64,000 nucleotides of DNA from Callorhinchus milii (lineage: Eukaryota). Both the position numbers and the translations under genes were made by a program. The stretch lies in NCBI RefSeq assembly GCF_018977255.1, contig NW_024704742.1:54500001-54564000 (forward strand). The letters run 5' to 3'. Positions 51,805 to 63,945 of the stretch are shown here, piece by piece. Below the pieces are notes generated by a model. The model was not told the origin of the DNA, searched no databases, and saw only the letters and a list, made by a program, of their open reading frames with translations. Positions within the stretch are counted from its first letter, which is position 1. Each line of letters begins with the position of its first letter.

Positions 51805-52060
51805 GGAGCTGAACTGGCTGCTTAGACTCCAACAGTATTCCAACACACGCTCTGGGATTTCAAAGCCGTGACTCTTGCCAACCTGCACCTAATAGTTTCC
51901 GGAATTAGGTAAGAGGGATGTAGGGAGAGTGTGTACATTCCATTCCAATAAACATTCCTGCAGTTTCCATGTATAGGTGGGATGCATGGAATTCTTAGTT
52001 TGTTTTCGATACTTAGTTTTGGTTTCGGTACAGTGGTGAATTTCCACACCCTGCTGACTA
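51805..52060. repeat. Family X copy
   Basis: cttgccaacctgcacctaatagtttccggaatt...cattccattcca. Confidence 0.8.
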
Positions 52061-53040
52061 AAAAAAATTAAAAGTAAGTTTAAACAGGCTAAAGGAATGC
52101 CTCATGAATTAATATCCTTGTGGCTGCAGAGGAAAAAGAGATGAGGGAGGATATTGTGAAAGAGAAGAGTATATTCTTTCTAGGATTAACAGGCCAAGAA
52201 CTTGGCATTGAGAGAGCAGCAGTAATTGTGTTGTTCTTGCCTCAGAAGAGTTGTGGTCATTGGTGCATGGCATGTGTTAAATCCTGATCTGGAATCATAC
52301 TCCTTGACAGCCAGTGCATTAATGGTAATGAGAAGGTAACATTAGTTTACATACCAAAGGTTGCTTCCAAGCACCAAGCAGTGGTTATACTGGATATCTC
52401 CCAGATCACTATATCAAACTAGATTCGGGAGGTCACACTTGTATCAATGCCTTTCAGTAATCTAAGGAACAGCAGGAGCCTCATCATGAATTGCACAGGT
52501 TCTTCTGTATTTTGAATGTAATTTTGCGTAGATTTGTGCAAACTCACACATTGCTGTAAAATATGTATGTACGTACATGCTTTTAAACAAAATAACTTAC
52601 CATTTCCATAGATCTGCAGTTAATATTTAATGCCAATTATTCTAGTGGTGTTCTGCATTTGTGCCAGCTTCCCAGAATCAGCCCATGACTTTCATTTCGA
52701 GCCAAGCCACATTGTCGTATGCTGAAATTACCATTTATGGTCTCTCATCCAAATCCTTTGAGTTGTACTTGTACTGGGAATAACACTGCTAAGATTTAAG
52801 TTAAAATGTGTAGCCCTGGGTAATACATTCAAAGGTTTTGAAGTAAATTAAATGTATTTTGGCCAAGTTTAACTCAAGTCATTTTTTTCCATGCTTTCCT
52901 TCATTGTTTTTAATACAGCAAAGTGTTATCACTATTATGTTTACTAATCACAAAGTAATGCGACACTCAATAGGTGTTCCTGCACTTGTTTATTAAAATC
53001 TTCATTTTACTATGAAGGCATGGCACAGACTAAAAATGTG

Positions 53041-53075
53041 AGTTACCTGCAAAGAAAAGGGAGAGGAGAAAATAT
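53041..53075 (-). promoter_or_regulatory. Candidate recursive splice site (polypyrimidine-CAG|GTAACT)
   Basis: Minus strand reads tattttctcctctcccttttctttgcag|gtaact; motif only, no transcript evidence. Confidence 0.4.
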
Positions 53076-53663
53076 TATTATATCAATGTGATGTGATTGG
53101 AATTATGTCTTTTTGCCTCAATTATTCCAAAATAGTCAAATAAAAATTTGATTAAAAAAAAGGAGGATGTGCCACGGAATGTAATGCTCAGTGTGACTCC
53201 TTAATTGAAAGGAAACTATCAGATAAAAATTCCTGTGTTAAAACTGATGGCATAAATTAACCAATGCATTGAAAAAAGAGAACAGATGATTAACACACTT
53301 ACGGTTCTCCTTGTCGATTGGGCATAGGCCCTCATAACATCCTTTCCAATGGCTGCAAGAAGCCAGACATTATCTGGTTATCTGGATACAATATGATACA
53401 TTTTATATTTGTATAGCGGCAGCTTTCATGTCAGGAAGATGTGTTCAAGTGCTTACTCCTGCTGGCTGGGCACATGAGCTAGGGATGGAAGCCGAAGAGA
53501 TGGGGAGGAATATCGACAAAAATATCAAAGGGGGTTGGCTTCAGGTCAGGACACCCAAGGACCAGACAATGTGTAAGTTATAATAAGGTCACTTTTTCAA
53601 TACATTTGTTCACTAAAGCCACAAACATGTTGATACATGTTGATACATGTATCCTTGATACAG

Positions 53664-54456
53664 GTCATCCTCACCTGCAAGGAGTCCTGTAGCTCAGTGG
53701 TTAGAGCACTCGCTTTGCAAGCGAGAGACCCGAGTTCAATTCCAGACAGGGCGAAACCTTGGGCAAGTTTCCTTACTCCACACACCTAATAATAATCCCT
53801 CCAAAACAAAAAACAATAATAAATTGGTCATTTTCAATCTACGACTGTTTGTGGGACACTGCTGTGCGCAACTGGCTGCCGCGTTCGCCCACAAATATAC
53901 AGTCAATTCACTTTACAGTGTGTTCTGTGAAGCGCTTTGGGACGTCCTCCCGACGTGAAAAGCGCTATATCAAATGCAAGGATTATTATTATTATTATTA
54001 TTATAAGGCCATCCACGGCCTTGCTCCCTCCTACCTCTCCAACCTACTATCCCCCTACCTACCTGCCCGTACCCTCCGTTCCTCTGGCTCTGGTCTGCTC
54101 CACGTCCCCGCCCCAACCGCCCTACCATCGGTGGTCGGGCCTTCAGCCTCTCAGCCCCGAGGCTCTGAAACTCCATCCCCCAGTGCCTTCGCCGCCTCCT
54201 CCCTTTCCTCCTTCAAGGCCGGTCTCAAAACCTTTCTCTTTGACCGTGCCTTCAGCTCCCCTCTCGACTCTCTTCCCCCTCCTCGCTCCCTCCCTTCCCT
54301 CCCCTCACCCTGATCATTTCCCCCCTCCTTGCTCCCTCCCTTCCCTCACTCTGACCATTTCCCCCCTGCTCGGGTCATGACCCAACTGTGCAGCGCCTTG
54401 GGACGTCCTCCTGACGTGAAAGGCGCTTTATAAATGGAATCTTGTTGTTGTTGTTG
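53664..54456 (+). mobile_element. L2 3' fragment with a young SINE inserted near its 5' end
   Basis: tcatcctcacctgcaa before the SINE continues as aaggccatccacggc after it; (gtt)n tail; ttgataca on both flanks. Confidence 0.88.
53681..54002 (+). mobile_element. Young tRNA-Ala(TGC) SINE, short variant, full length
   Basis: A-box TAGCTCAGTGG, CTCGC-TT-TGC-AA-GCGAG arm, B-box GTTCAATTCC, (ATT)n tail. Confidence 0.95.
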
Positions 54457-54874
54457 ATACATCATACTTTGAAATGTTCACCCTTTGTCTGCATGTGTGT
54501 AAAACCCAGTTGTATTGGGCCTTCACTGTACATAGCTTTCAGATTGCTGTTGAGGTTGGTGCCACAGGGAGGGTACCAGTAATTTTTATGCATTTTTTCC
54601 AGCTGATTTAAATATCTTGCAGCTGTAAAAACAACTTGAAAATAGCATTGTAATGTTACTAAATAAGCAGCACAACTGTAAAATCCAAAATACTTTAATA
54701 AAAACCTTAGCAGGAAAAAAACATTTAAGTTGCTTTTAAAAAGTGAAAGAATGAACAATCCCTTGATCCATATGCCCCTCTGCTTTCATTCATATAACTT
54801 TTTATGACTAATATCTATTATATAACCATGGACTGCAGGCATAGACTGCAATAAAAGCGGTTGGCTTGAGGACT

Positions 54875-55171
54875 AATAATAATCCTTGCAGAATATGCTG
54901 TAAAGTGAGTTGACAGTGTATTTTGTGGGCGAAACGCAGCAGCCAATTGCGCACAGCAGTGTCCCACAAACAATCGTGGATTGAGTGGTTAATTTATCTT
55001 TTTTTTTGAGGGAAAAGCATCAATCAACCAACAACCAGGTTCTTACTTACTGCTAAGTAAACAGAGGTGTGTGGAGTAAGGAAACTTGCCCAACGTTTTG
55101 CCCTGCCAGGACATTAACCCAGGTCTCTCGCGTGCGAGGCGAGTGCTCTAATCACTGAGCTACAGGACTCC
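54875..55171 (-). mobile_element. Young SINE, long variant, with deletions
   Basis: Head ends gagctacaggactcc; long-variant insert present. Confidence 0.88.
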
Positions 55172-55819
55172 CAATGGTTTAACCTTGTAACCTGGAATCT
55201 ATAACCAATCTGTATTATCAGCTTCTTAAAATGTATATTTTTTAAAAAAGTGTTTTCTATAACCTGAAAATGATGTCAGTAGAATATAATTGTTGCGTTT
55301 GATATAGTGTTTTTCACATCTGGAAAGACGTCTCAAGCCGCTCCACAGGATTTTATAGTAACTAGTGACCATGTCTTTTGTAGGCAGATACCAGGAAATG
55401 ATGTTCACAGAGTGAGAATGTACCAGAGGAAAGGAGAAGTGTAAGAGAATGAGAAAGAACTGCAGGTTTTAAATTCTCACAATCCACAACAATCGATGAT
55501 TGTAAAAGCAACTTGTCTTGGCAGTCTGATAATTACAAAGGCCATTCATTGTATCAATATGAATTGTGCAGCACTTATTGTGAGGTTACTATTTGATGTC
55601 ACTTTCGTTGTGTTATTATTACTTTTATTGTGTGTTGCAGTTTACATCACTCTGTAGAGGTAGTCTCTAAGTGGTTTTCAATGATGGGTTAACCAGACCA
55701 ATAACACTACCACCTTACACTTTAATGGATATTGCTTTTCTTAGTAAATTTGAACTTCCCAAAATAACTGCTTCTGTAGGAGGTGGAGTTCCTTATTTTG
55801 TACATTGTAGTCAATTCAG

Positions 55820-55998
55820 TACCGGGGTGTGTTGCATTGCCAAAAGTGCTGAACTTCAGATGAGATGTCAAACCAAGGTCCTCTCTGCCTATTCAACTGA
55901 ACATTAAAGATCGCATAGCAACATTCAAAAAGAGAGGGAGTTTCTCCCAGTGTCCTAGCCAATAAATCCCTTAAATAAAATTGGTCACTCATCATTTG
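55820..55998 (+). mobile_element. Old Deu-domain SINE fragment
   Basis: gttgcattg...cagatgagatgtcaaaccaaggtcctctctgcct. Confidence 0.75.
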
Positions 55999-56074
55999 TT
56001 TGGATTGGAGTGCACATTCATCCAACAAATTCAACTTTCTTCTGGAAAAATTAGATCTGTGTTGATCTGTTTTG

Positions 56075-57165
56075 ATTTTGAATAGTGGAGCTGGGGAAAC
56101 CGGCAAGGAATGCGTTTCAGTAATCCAGGCGGGAGGTGACAAACGCATGCAGGAGAGTTTCAGCTGCATTTGGGGTAAGGTATGTGGCTTCCATCTTCTT
56201 GCCAACATTCAGCTGAAGGAAGTTTGCACTGATCCAGGCCCTGATGTCTGCCAGACAAGCTGATAGAATATCGGCGGACCTGGAGTCGATGCTAGAGGAG
56301 GCAAAGTAGATTTCCGCATACTTGTGGAAGTTTACCCAGTGTCTGCGGATGACTTCGCCAAGAGGGAGCATATAGATGAGGAAAAGAAGAGGGACAAGGA
56401 TGGAGCCCTGGGATACTCTGCAGGTGACCGGACGGGGGCGGGAAGAGAAACCATTTGCTGAGATAAAGTGGAGGCAGTTGGTTAAGTAGGACTCGAACCA
56501 TGCAGTCCAATGGATGAGGAAGGAGAGGTGGTGGAAGATGATGGCCTGGTCGACTGTGTCAGTGAGATCCAGGAGAACGAGGAGGTAGAGGGAGTCCTGG
56601 TCACAGAAATAGAGAATGTCATTTGTTACTTTGACAAGTGCTGCCACTGTGCTGTGGGCAGGGTGAAAACCAGACTGCAAGGGAATGAGGAGGGAATAGA
56701 TGGAGAGGTGTGATCGAAGTTGACCTGCAACAATGCATTCCAGGACTTTAGCAAGGAGGGTAGGTTGAAAATGAGATGGCAGTGTGAGAGATTAGAGAGA
56801 TCGAGGGTGGGTTTTTTGAGGAGGAATGTGATAACAGCAGCTTTCAGGAGGAGTGGAACAGAGCCTGAGGAAAGAGACTGGTTGACCATGTCGGGCAGCA
56901 GGGGGGAAGAGAAGAGGGAGTTGAGCAACCAGCAGCTGCGTGGGGAGGGGGTCGAGGCACCAGGTGGTAAATTTCATGCAGGTAATTGTGATTGAGTGAG
57001 AAGAGGAGAAATGGGGGCAATGGAGTGTAAGGATGGGGGAGTGGCAGGAGCCATGGTGGAGGGAGAAGGCAGTGTGGATCTGAGTGAGGATGTAGGTGAT
57101 AGGCTTGTGGAGCCTAGTGGAAGGGAGCATGGGTGGGAGCACGATGTAGCCAAGCATGAGCATTT
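56075..57165 (-). mobile_element. L2 RT-region fragment, degraded
   Basis: QSGFHPAHST..ALVKVTND, SQGSIL.PLLFLIYMLPLG, HAFVTSRLDY. Confidence 0.9.
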
Positions 57166-57184
57166 ACTGGGCATTTCTAAATAA

Positions 57185-57372
57185 AAAAAACAATAATAAT
57201 AATAATTCGGTCACTCAATCCATGACTGTTTGTGGGACACTGCTGTGGCCAATTGGCTGCCACGTTTCAACCACAAAACATACAGACAATTCACTTTACA
57301 ATGTATTATGTGAAGCACTTTGAGACATTTAGAAGAAATAATAAGGTGCTATATCAAATGCAAGGATTATAA
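57185..57372 (+). mobile_element. Young SINE 3' half
   Basis: ggtcactcaatccatgactgtttgtgggacac...atcaaatgcaaggattat. Confidence 0.85.
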
Positions 57373-57384
57373 ATACAGTACGAT

Positions 57385-57848
57385 TGACAGTTACAAAGTG
57401 CCTCTCATGTCGAGAGGATGTCTTAATGCACTGGGCACCTGAGCTGGGGATTTGGAGCCAAGGGTGGTGGGGAGCGGAAAGGTAACAGAAAGCTTGGTCA
57501 AAGAGGCATGTTTTGAGATGGAGCTTAAATGAGGGGAGGGAGGCACAAGTTGTGCTGGAGGAATTCCGGCAGGGGTAAAATAGCTGAAAGCCAACTGGCC
57601 AATGGTGGAATGGATAGGACTGAAGACATGCCAGCAGGGAATGGTGAGGGCTGAAGGGTTGAAGGAGATCGCAGAAGTAGGGTGGCATTAGATGGAGTGA
57701 TGTAAAACTGAGAATGAGAATCGTGAACACGATCAATTGAGGAATGGGATCCAGTGGATCTGAGTGAGGATGGAGGTGATAGGCTTGTGGATCCCGGTGC
57801 AGGAGAGGACATAGGCTGTAGAGTTCTTTGGAGAATAATGTTGACCCA
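57385..57848 (-). mobile_element. L2 3' fragment
   Basis: FKLHLKTCLFDQAF and L2 tail. Confidence 0.8.
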
Positions 57849-58938
57849 AATGCCTTTTTTACTGCATAGTCCAATGGAACTACTAGATTTGATTGAGAAT
57901 ATTATTTTCAATATTGAAAGACATATTAGGCTTTCACATTGTAACTAGATGATTCTAACTTCCTAGGGCATTTATTATTAAATTGGTGCACCACAGTACA
58001 AACCAGAACATAATTTAGATCCAAAACACCCAATGGGGACAATTGGTTTCCTATAACTTTTGGTGAGGGAAAAGGGCTTTATCCTTAACTGAAAAAAAAT
58101 GAAGATTTAAATCAATATTCAATAGTAAAATATTCCTGAGGGGTTGTTTAATTATATTTATTAAAACCTGTGATGGAATAGAATGTTCCTTTTGTATTAG
58201 TTTAATGAATGTCACCCTGTCTGGTCTTATTGAGTTTGACTTGTTCTTTAAACACCGTTACTCATTGTAATTTTTCAGAATGGATCAATTTACATTTACT
58301 TGAATGATCAGAATGCCGTTTCATGATTTTTTGTTTAAATTATGTTTCCTTTATTCTTTTCTCCTCAACCACCCAGGAGTCTATTATACACCCTCCCGTA
58401 ATAAAGATGTATTTATAGTAACCAACATATGTTCACTGGGGTATACAGTGTGCCCTGTTGCCATTATGCAGTGCTCTCCCATACATTTCTATAGCCTTAA
58501 TTTTTAGCACAATTAAATAAAACACTGCAGTTGTAGTGATAATGGTCTGAAAGCACCATTGGAGTTGAATATCACACCCGAAACCAATCAGTAAAACATT
58601 TGGATGGTATGATGTTAACACCTAACAATTTCACCCTACAATCACAATTCATAAATTAGTCTTCAATTCTTATTAATAATTACTTATCTCATGTCAGGCA
58701 TAAAGAAAAGACATGTTGAAAGGCTGTGAAACAAGATTTATCTCACCTTTAATTTCATCTGAGTTATTAGGTCAGTCCACAGCAGAATCTTAACTGAATC
58801 TCACTGCTTTTCACTTCACCAGGAAATGTTTTGTTACCCAGAGGGTAATTAATGACTGAAGTTAAGTTGAAGACAGAACACAGGATTTTTTTAAAAAAAA
58901 CAGCCTGATCTGTGATGGGAGAATGGTAGCATGGGTAT

Positions 58939-61140
58939 TCATAGAATTACAGAATCCTACAGTAGACCATTTGAGCCATCAAGCCTGCGCCAGCTCTTTG
59001 AAAGACCTATCCAATTAGTCCCACTCCCCCATTCTTTCCCCATAGCCTTGCAATTGTTTTCCATTTCAAGTAAACATCCAATTCCCTTTTGAAAGTTATT
59101 ACTGGATCTGCTTTCACCATCCTTTCAGGCAGTGCATTCCAGATCATAATAACTCGCTGCACAAAATCTCCACATCTCCCCTCGTTAGAAAATAAAATCT
59201 TCTTTTCGAGTTCCAATCAAACACAACCACTGTTTGCAACCAGAGTAGTGTTTATTAAACTCCAGGATCCATCCAAGTTCCCGATGGGCGTGGGCAAGTA
59301 AGCACAATCAATCAATTTACTAACAGAACAATACTACCGCGTAATTCCTCCTCGTGGTCATCTACTTCTGTCTTCTAGCTCTCAGTCTTCCATCCACGGT
59401 AGGTACTGTCCTGGGCACGCACCGATCTTGGTCTGGCACGGTGTCTTAAGCTTGTGTCCATCCAATCATGGTGCGGACATTAGGTCACCTGGCCAAAATC
59501 ATGCTGGGTTCACGTGAACACCTCATGGGGTGTACGTGCCTCACACACATACACATTGTCCTTAAGACCCCAGTTATCTGATCTAATTGTCTAAGATAGA
59601 GAATTGATCAGTTTGGGCTGTATCTAGTGCTCATTATTTTGTTACGTGGGATCATTAGTACATTCCTTTTAAGTGACTGGTTATTTCTTATCAGTATCCC
59701 GGGATGGTACCAAGGCCCTCTAGTTTAAGCAACTTGCTCATTAATTGCTATTCTTGAGGGTTGCCTTCTGTCGGTTGGCAGGCCCTGTCAGAATCTAGCG
59801 ACTTATTGCTCAGTCGAGATCCTATGTTGACCGATACCTTGGACGTTACCTCTGTGGGCTTGTTGTCATTTACTGATAAGAGGTGAACCCCTGCCCCTGT
59901 CTGTTAATCTTTTAAAAACAGAGAAAACCAGATGAGTCCTATACCATGACTGTCAGTCCAGTTGTCCCCCACACTTAACTTAAAAGTTAACCCGTTCGCA
60001 ACATCTATTGTGATTCTAGCATTATACAAAAAGTGTATATTCTAACACTCTGGTCCAAATCCCTGACTGTCCAGTGCTTTAGGATGTCCTCCCAACATAA
60101 AACATGCTATACAAATGTAATTTGTTAATGTTGTTGGTGGTGGTTCTGTTGCCAATTATCTTAAATCTGTGTCCTCCGGTTACCAATCAAACTACCAGTG
60201 GAAACAGTTTCTCCTTATTTACTCTATCAAAAACCCTCATAATTTTGAAGACTTGTATTACGTCTCCGCTTAATCTTCTCTGCTCTAAGGAGAACAATCC
60301 CACCTTCTCTAGTCTCTATATACCATAACTAAAGTCCCTCATTCCTGGTACCATTGTAATAAATCTTCCCTGCACCCTCTCCAATGTCTTGATATCCTTC
60401 CTAAAGTGTGGTGCCCAGAATTGGACATAATACTCAGCTGAGGCTAACCAGTGATTTGTAAAGATTTAGCATAACTTCCTTGCTTTTGCACTCTATGCCT
60501 CTATTTATAAAACCAAGGATCCCATATGCTTTTTTAACAGCTTTATTAACCTGTCCTGCTACCTTTAAAGATTTGTGTATGTGAACCCCGAGATCTCCCT
60601 GTTCCTGCATTCCCTTTAAAATTGTACGATTTAGTGTATATTGCCTCTCCTCATTCTTCCTTCCAAAATGCATCACTTCACACTTCTGTGCATTAAATTT
60701 CATCTGCCATGTGTCTGCCCATTTCACCAGTTTGTCACTGTTTACCACATTTCCAAGTTCTATGTCATCTGCAATCTTTAAAATTGTGCTCCCGATGGCC
60801 AAGTTCAGTTCATTAATATAAATCAGAAAGAACAGTGATCCTAATACTGCCTCCTGGGGGACACCACTGTATACCTCATCCCAGTTTGAAAAACACCGTT
60901 CACCACTATCCTCTACTTTCTGTCTCCCAGCCAATTTTGTATCCATTCTGCCACTGTTAATCTCACGGGCTTCAGTTTTGCTAATAAGTCTATTATGTGG
61001 CACTTTATCAAACGCCTTTTGAAAGTCCATTTACACAACATCAAATGCACTATGTTTATCAACTCTCTCTGTTATTTCATCAAAGAACTCAATCAAGTTT
61101 GTCAGACACGATTTGCTTTTAACAAATCCAAGTTGACTGT
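58939..61140 (-). mobile_element. CR1 3' portion interrupted by a solo LTR and a short L2 tail
   Basis: MDFQKAFDKVPH, SGVPQ, IADD, WQMKFN.KCEVMHFG; 3' end at 58939-59182 is collinear with sequence resuming at about 60140. Confidence 0.92.
59183..60047 (-). mobile_element. Solo LTR, ~865 bp, inserted in CR1
   Basis: (c)GTTAGAA...TTCTAACA inverted termini; minus-strand AATAAA at 59251-59256, CCAAT at 59462; cleanly interrupts CR1; TSD ambiguous. Confidence 0.72.
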
Positions 61141-62308
61141 TGGGTATTCTGGAAGAATAATAAAGAAAACATTTATGTACAGATATCTTTTTAACCTCTC
61201 TCTCACACACATTTAATACACTTATCTTGTGGAGTTCAACACTGTAATATTCCTAATAACATTCCTTTCCTTAATCAAGAAACACTGTTTTAAAATACCT
61301 AGCTTCCCCTAGCTTCCAAATAACAATTGTGTCCAGATCTGGCTGTAGGGTATCCTTGTTTAGCTGTAGGAGATTCTTGTTTAGCTGGAGTGGTCTTTCA
61401 GGAACTGCAGCACATAATATCAATTTAGTTAACCTATTATTACTTAAAGCAGAATGCAAGTCAATTTGCAGAAGTATATGGAAAAAGGCCAGTAATGAGA
61501 CAGAAATTATTATTTTTTCAAAACGCAAGCACAGACATGATGGCCAGAGTAGCACGCCTTCTTCCATGCTATCAATATCTATGGTTCTATGGAATAACCA
61601 CAGGACCAAGCTACAAAACCTTAATTTATGCCACAGGAAACCTTAAAGATCACACCAGTGCCGTGTTTATAGGCTGCAGGTGCGTCATCATAGGCCTTGC
61701 CTATCCGAGTCACGATTTGTTTCAATCAAGTTTAACACACTATTGGCCTAACTATTGAGTTCTGTTGTCTGCTACCTGCATGTGTTAATATTCTCAGTAA
61801 CGCATTCAGTACTTTATACTGAGATCCAAAACACATCCTTTGCATTGTGGAATTTCACAGCAGATCTTCACATGAATGTCGTCACTCCAAAACAGGACAT
61901 TTATTATCTCGCAGACGTGATAAGGTACTATATTAATAATTATTATTATTATTATTTACAATGCCACATTATCCAAACATCTAATCCACACATCATTACA
62001 ACTGAAATTCATTGATATTGCTCATATTACATAATAGACTGTAGAACAAAATTAATTGCACATTAAAACAATATTAACAATAAATCCAACTAGATTGGTT
62101 TGTGATTGCAGCATTTGACAACAGCAAATAAAACTCAATATTTCACACCAGCTTTACACAAAGGAATTGCCTGAGGCTCTAGGAAGAACTGCTGAAGATG
62201 TGAGTTAATGCAGTAGTCGTTTCTCTTTTCTGTTTTTTCTCGCTTTTGACATTTTTTCAGTCGCTGTTTCAGTGCTTTCACCTTTGTGGTTGCTGATGTA
62301 AGCACATC

Positions 62309-62338
<30 letters not shown>
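62309..62338 (+). repeat. (ACTA)n microsatellite
   Basis: actaactaactaactaactaactaactaac. Confidence 0.95.
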
Positions 62339-62339
<1 letters not shown>

Positions 62340-62849
62340 CAGAATTCCGCTTGTCATTATGTCTACTTTGACACTACACTGAGACCCTACCATTAGTATT
62401 CCATGATCTTCTTGTCATGTGACCCTGTGCTTTGCAGACTGTCTCTCACTCACTTGCCAACTCCTACCATTTTGCAGATCTGGAGTGAGGATGATAAAGC
62501 AGGTGGGTTTTTGAGTATGGGATAATATTTTTAAAATTAAGAATAAAATGTTAGGCCTTTAACATGCAAAATAAACCATGGAATAATTTATACTGGTAAA
62601 TTGCAAGCAATTGCCAATTTCTTGAAATAAACCAGATTTTGAGCTGAAGCGTTCATGATTTCTGTATGTTTTGGAACATAGCTATTAGATTGGGGAAGAA
62701 CACCCCACAAGGACATGTGACGAGTTGGTTCAAATGGCATCAAAAGAAAAAATTGTGTATTTCTGATGTGCTGTTCTTTTGTTTTGGGGTCAGCCAGATA
62801 TATGACACACGTGCTGAAGAGCATCCATATCAAACTACTATATACGCAT

Positions 62850-62965
62850 TGAAATTTCCATTTGTTTGGATTGGAATGCTCACTTTCTCCACAGAGAGAT
62901 ACAGTCTAATCCCAGAAAGTACCAGGTGCAACTTGGCAAGAGTTGAGGCTTGTGAACCCCTGAGG
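62850..62965. repeat. Family X copy, opposite orientation
   Basis: ggattggaatgctcactttctcc...ctaatcccagaaagtaccaggtgcaacttggcaagag. Confidence 0.7.
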
Positions 62966-63819
62966 TTCATGCGGGTAGAGGTAGAGTGCTCCGATAAAAA
63001 CTCAAACTAAATCAATTCAGCATAGAGGGAGAGTTTTGTGATGTACTATTGAATTTGTTCCACTTAAAAATTGGGACAAGAGCAAAGCTTATTTGGTTAT
63101 GGAATTTGTTGAGCAGAAACTATCACATTCTTTTGTTGTGCATGGAGATGAGCTACAATACAGTAGTGCGATCACCAGAGCTCTGTAAACTGAATGAGCT
63201 CAAACTGACTGGATAAACAGTTGAAATCAAGTCTCTTGTACAATGCGGGGTCACCCTTAAGTCCAGGATGCTTTCTTCATAGATGGGCACAATCACTACA
63301 TGAAAAATGTCCCCTTTAGTTTCCTTGCTTCAGAACTATGCCACTGATGGCAAAGAGAATTCATTTTCTATTTATTTCCCTGGTCAGTGCCAACTGAGCC
63401 CCCAAGCTACTAATGGCATTTTTAAGGTTTCACTTTGATATCTAGCAGTTTTGGTTGACAGACAAAAGCTTTTTCTTAAACCTTGCTGGGATTGTACTCT
63501 CTTTCACTCAGATTCATGTGCGATGACGTGTTAGCAGAAAAATGACACAATACTAAACACACAAGACAGTTCTTGGTCAATCAATATAATTGTTGGATCG
63601 GTGGGTGGGTGATGTGATAATTAGCACTAATTAAATTGAACTTCAGCACAACAGTTAGATTTCAAGCCATTTCCAATATTCCGCTTGTCTCTGTTTTTAG
63701 CAATCAGAAAACATAGCGCTATCGATCTTCATAGTCAAGGCAACAAGTCTGATGCCTCGGGTGGATCAGTAAAAAGAAAAATGTGTATATTTCATTTCTC
63801 TTTGGTAATATATAAGGCA

Positions 63820-63945
63820 GAAAGGAATAGAGGGTTATGGAGAGGGGATTGGGAGAAGTGGAACCTCATGTAAGATGTAAACACTGGCATGGACTAGTTG
63901 GGTTTCCGTTCTGCAATATTCCATGTTCCAGTATTCCATATCTCA
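63820..63945 (+). mobile_element. CR1 3' UTR remnant
   Basis: ggaatagagggttatgg...taaacactggcatggactagttggg...attccatgttcc. Confidence 0.65.

Noticed and set aside
52601..52786. Minus-strand coding exon
   Set aside because: All three frames are closed
53681..53750. tRNA-Ala(TGC) gene
   Set aside because: No complementary acceptor stem; continues into a SINE body repeated many times in the window
53681..54456. SINE-L2 template-switch chimera
   Set aside because: About 17 nt of collinear L2 (tcatcctcacctgcaa) lies upstream of the SINE, so the SINE inserted into the L2
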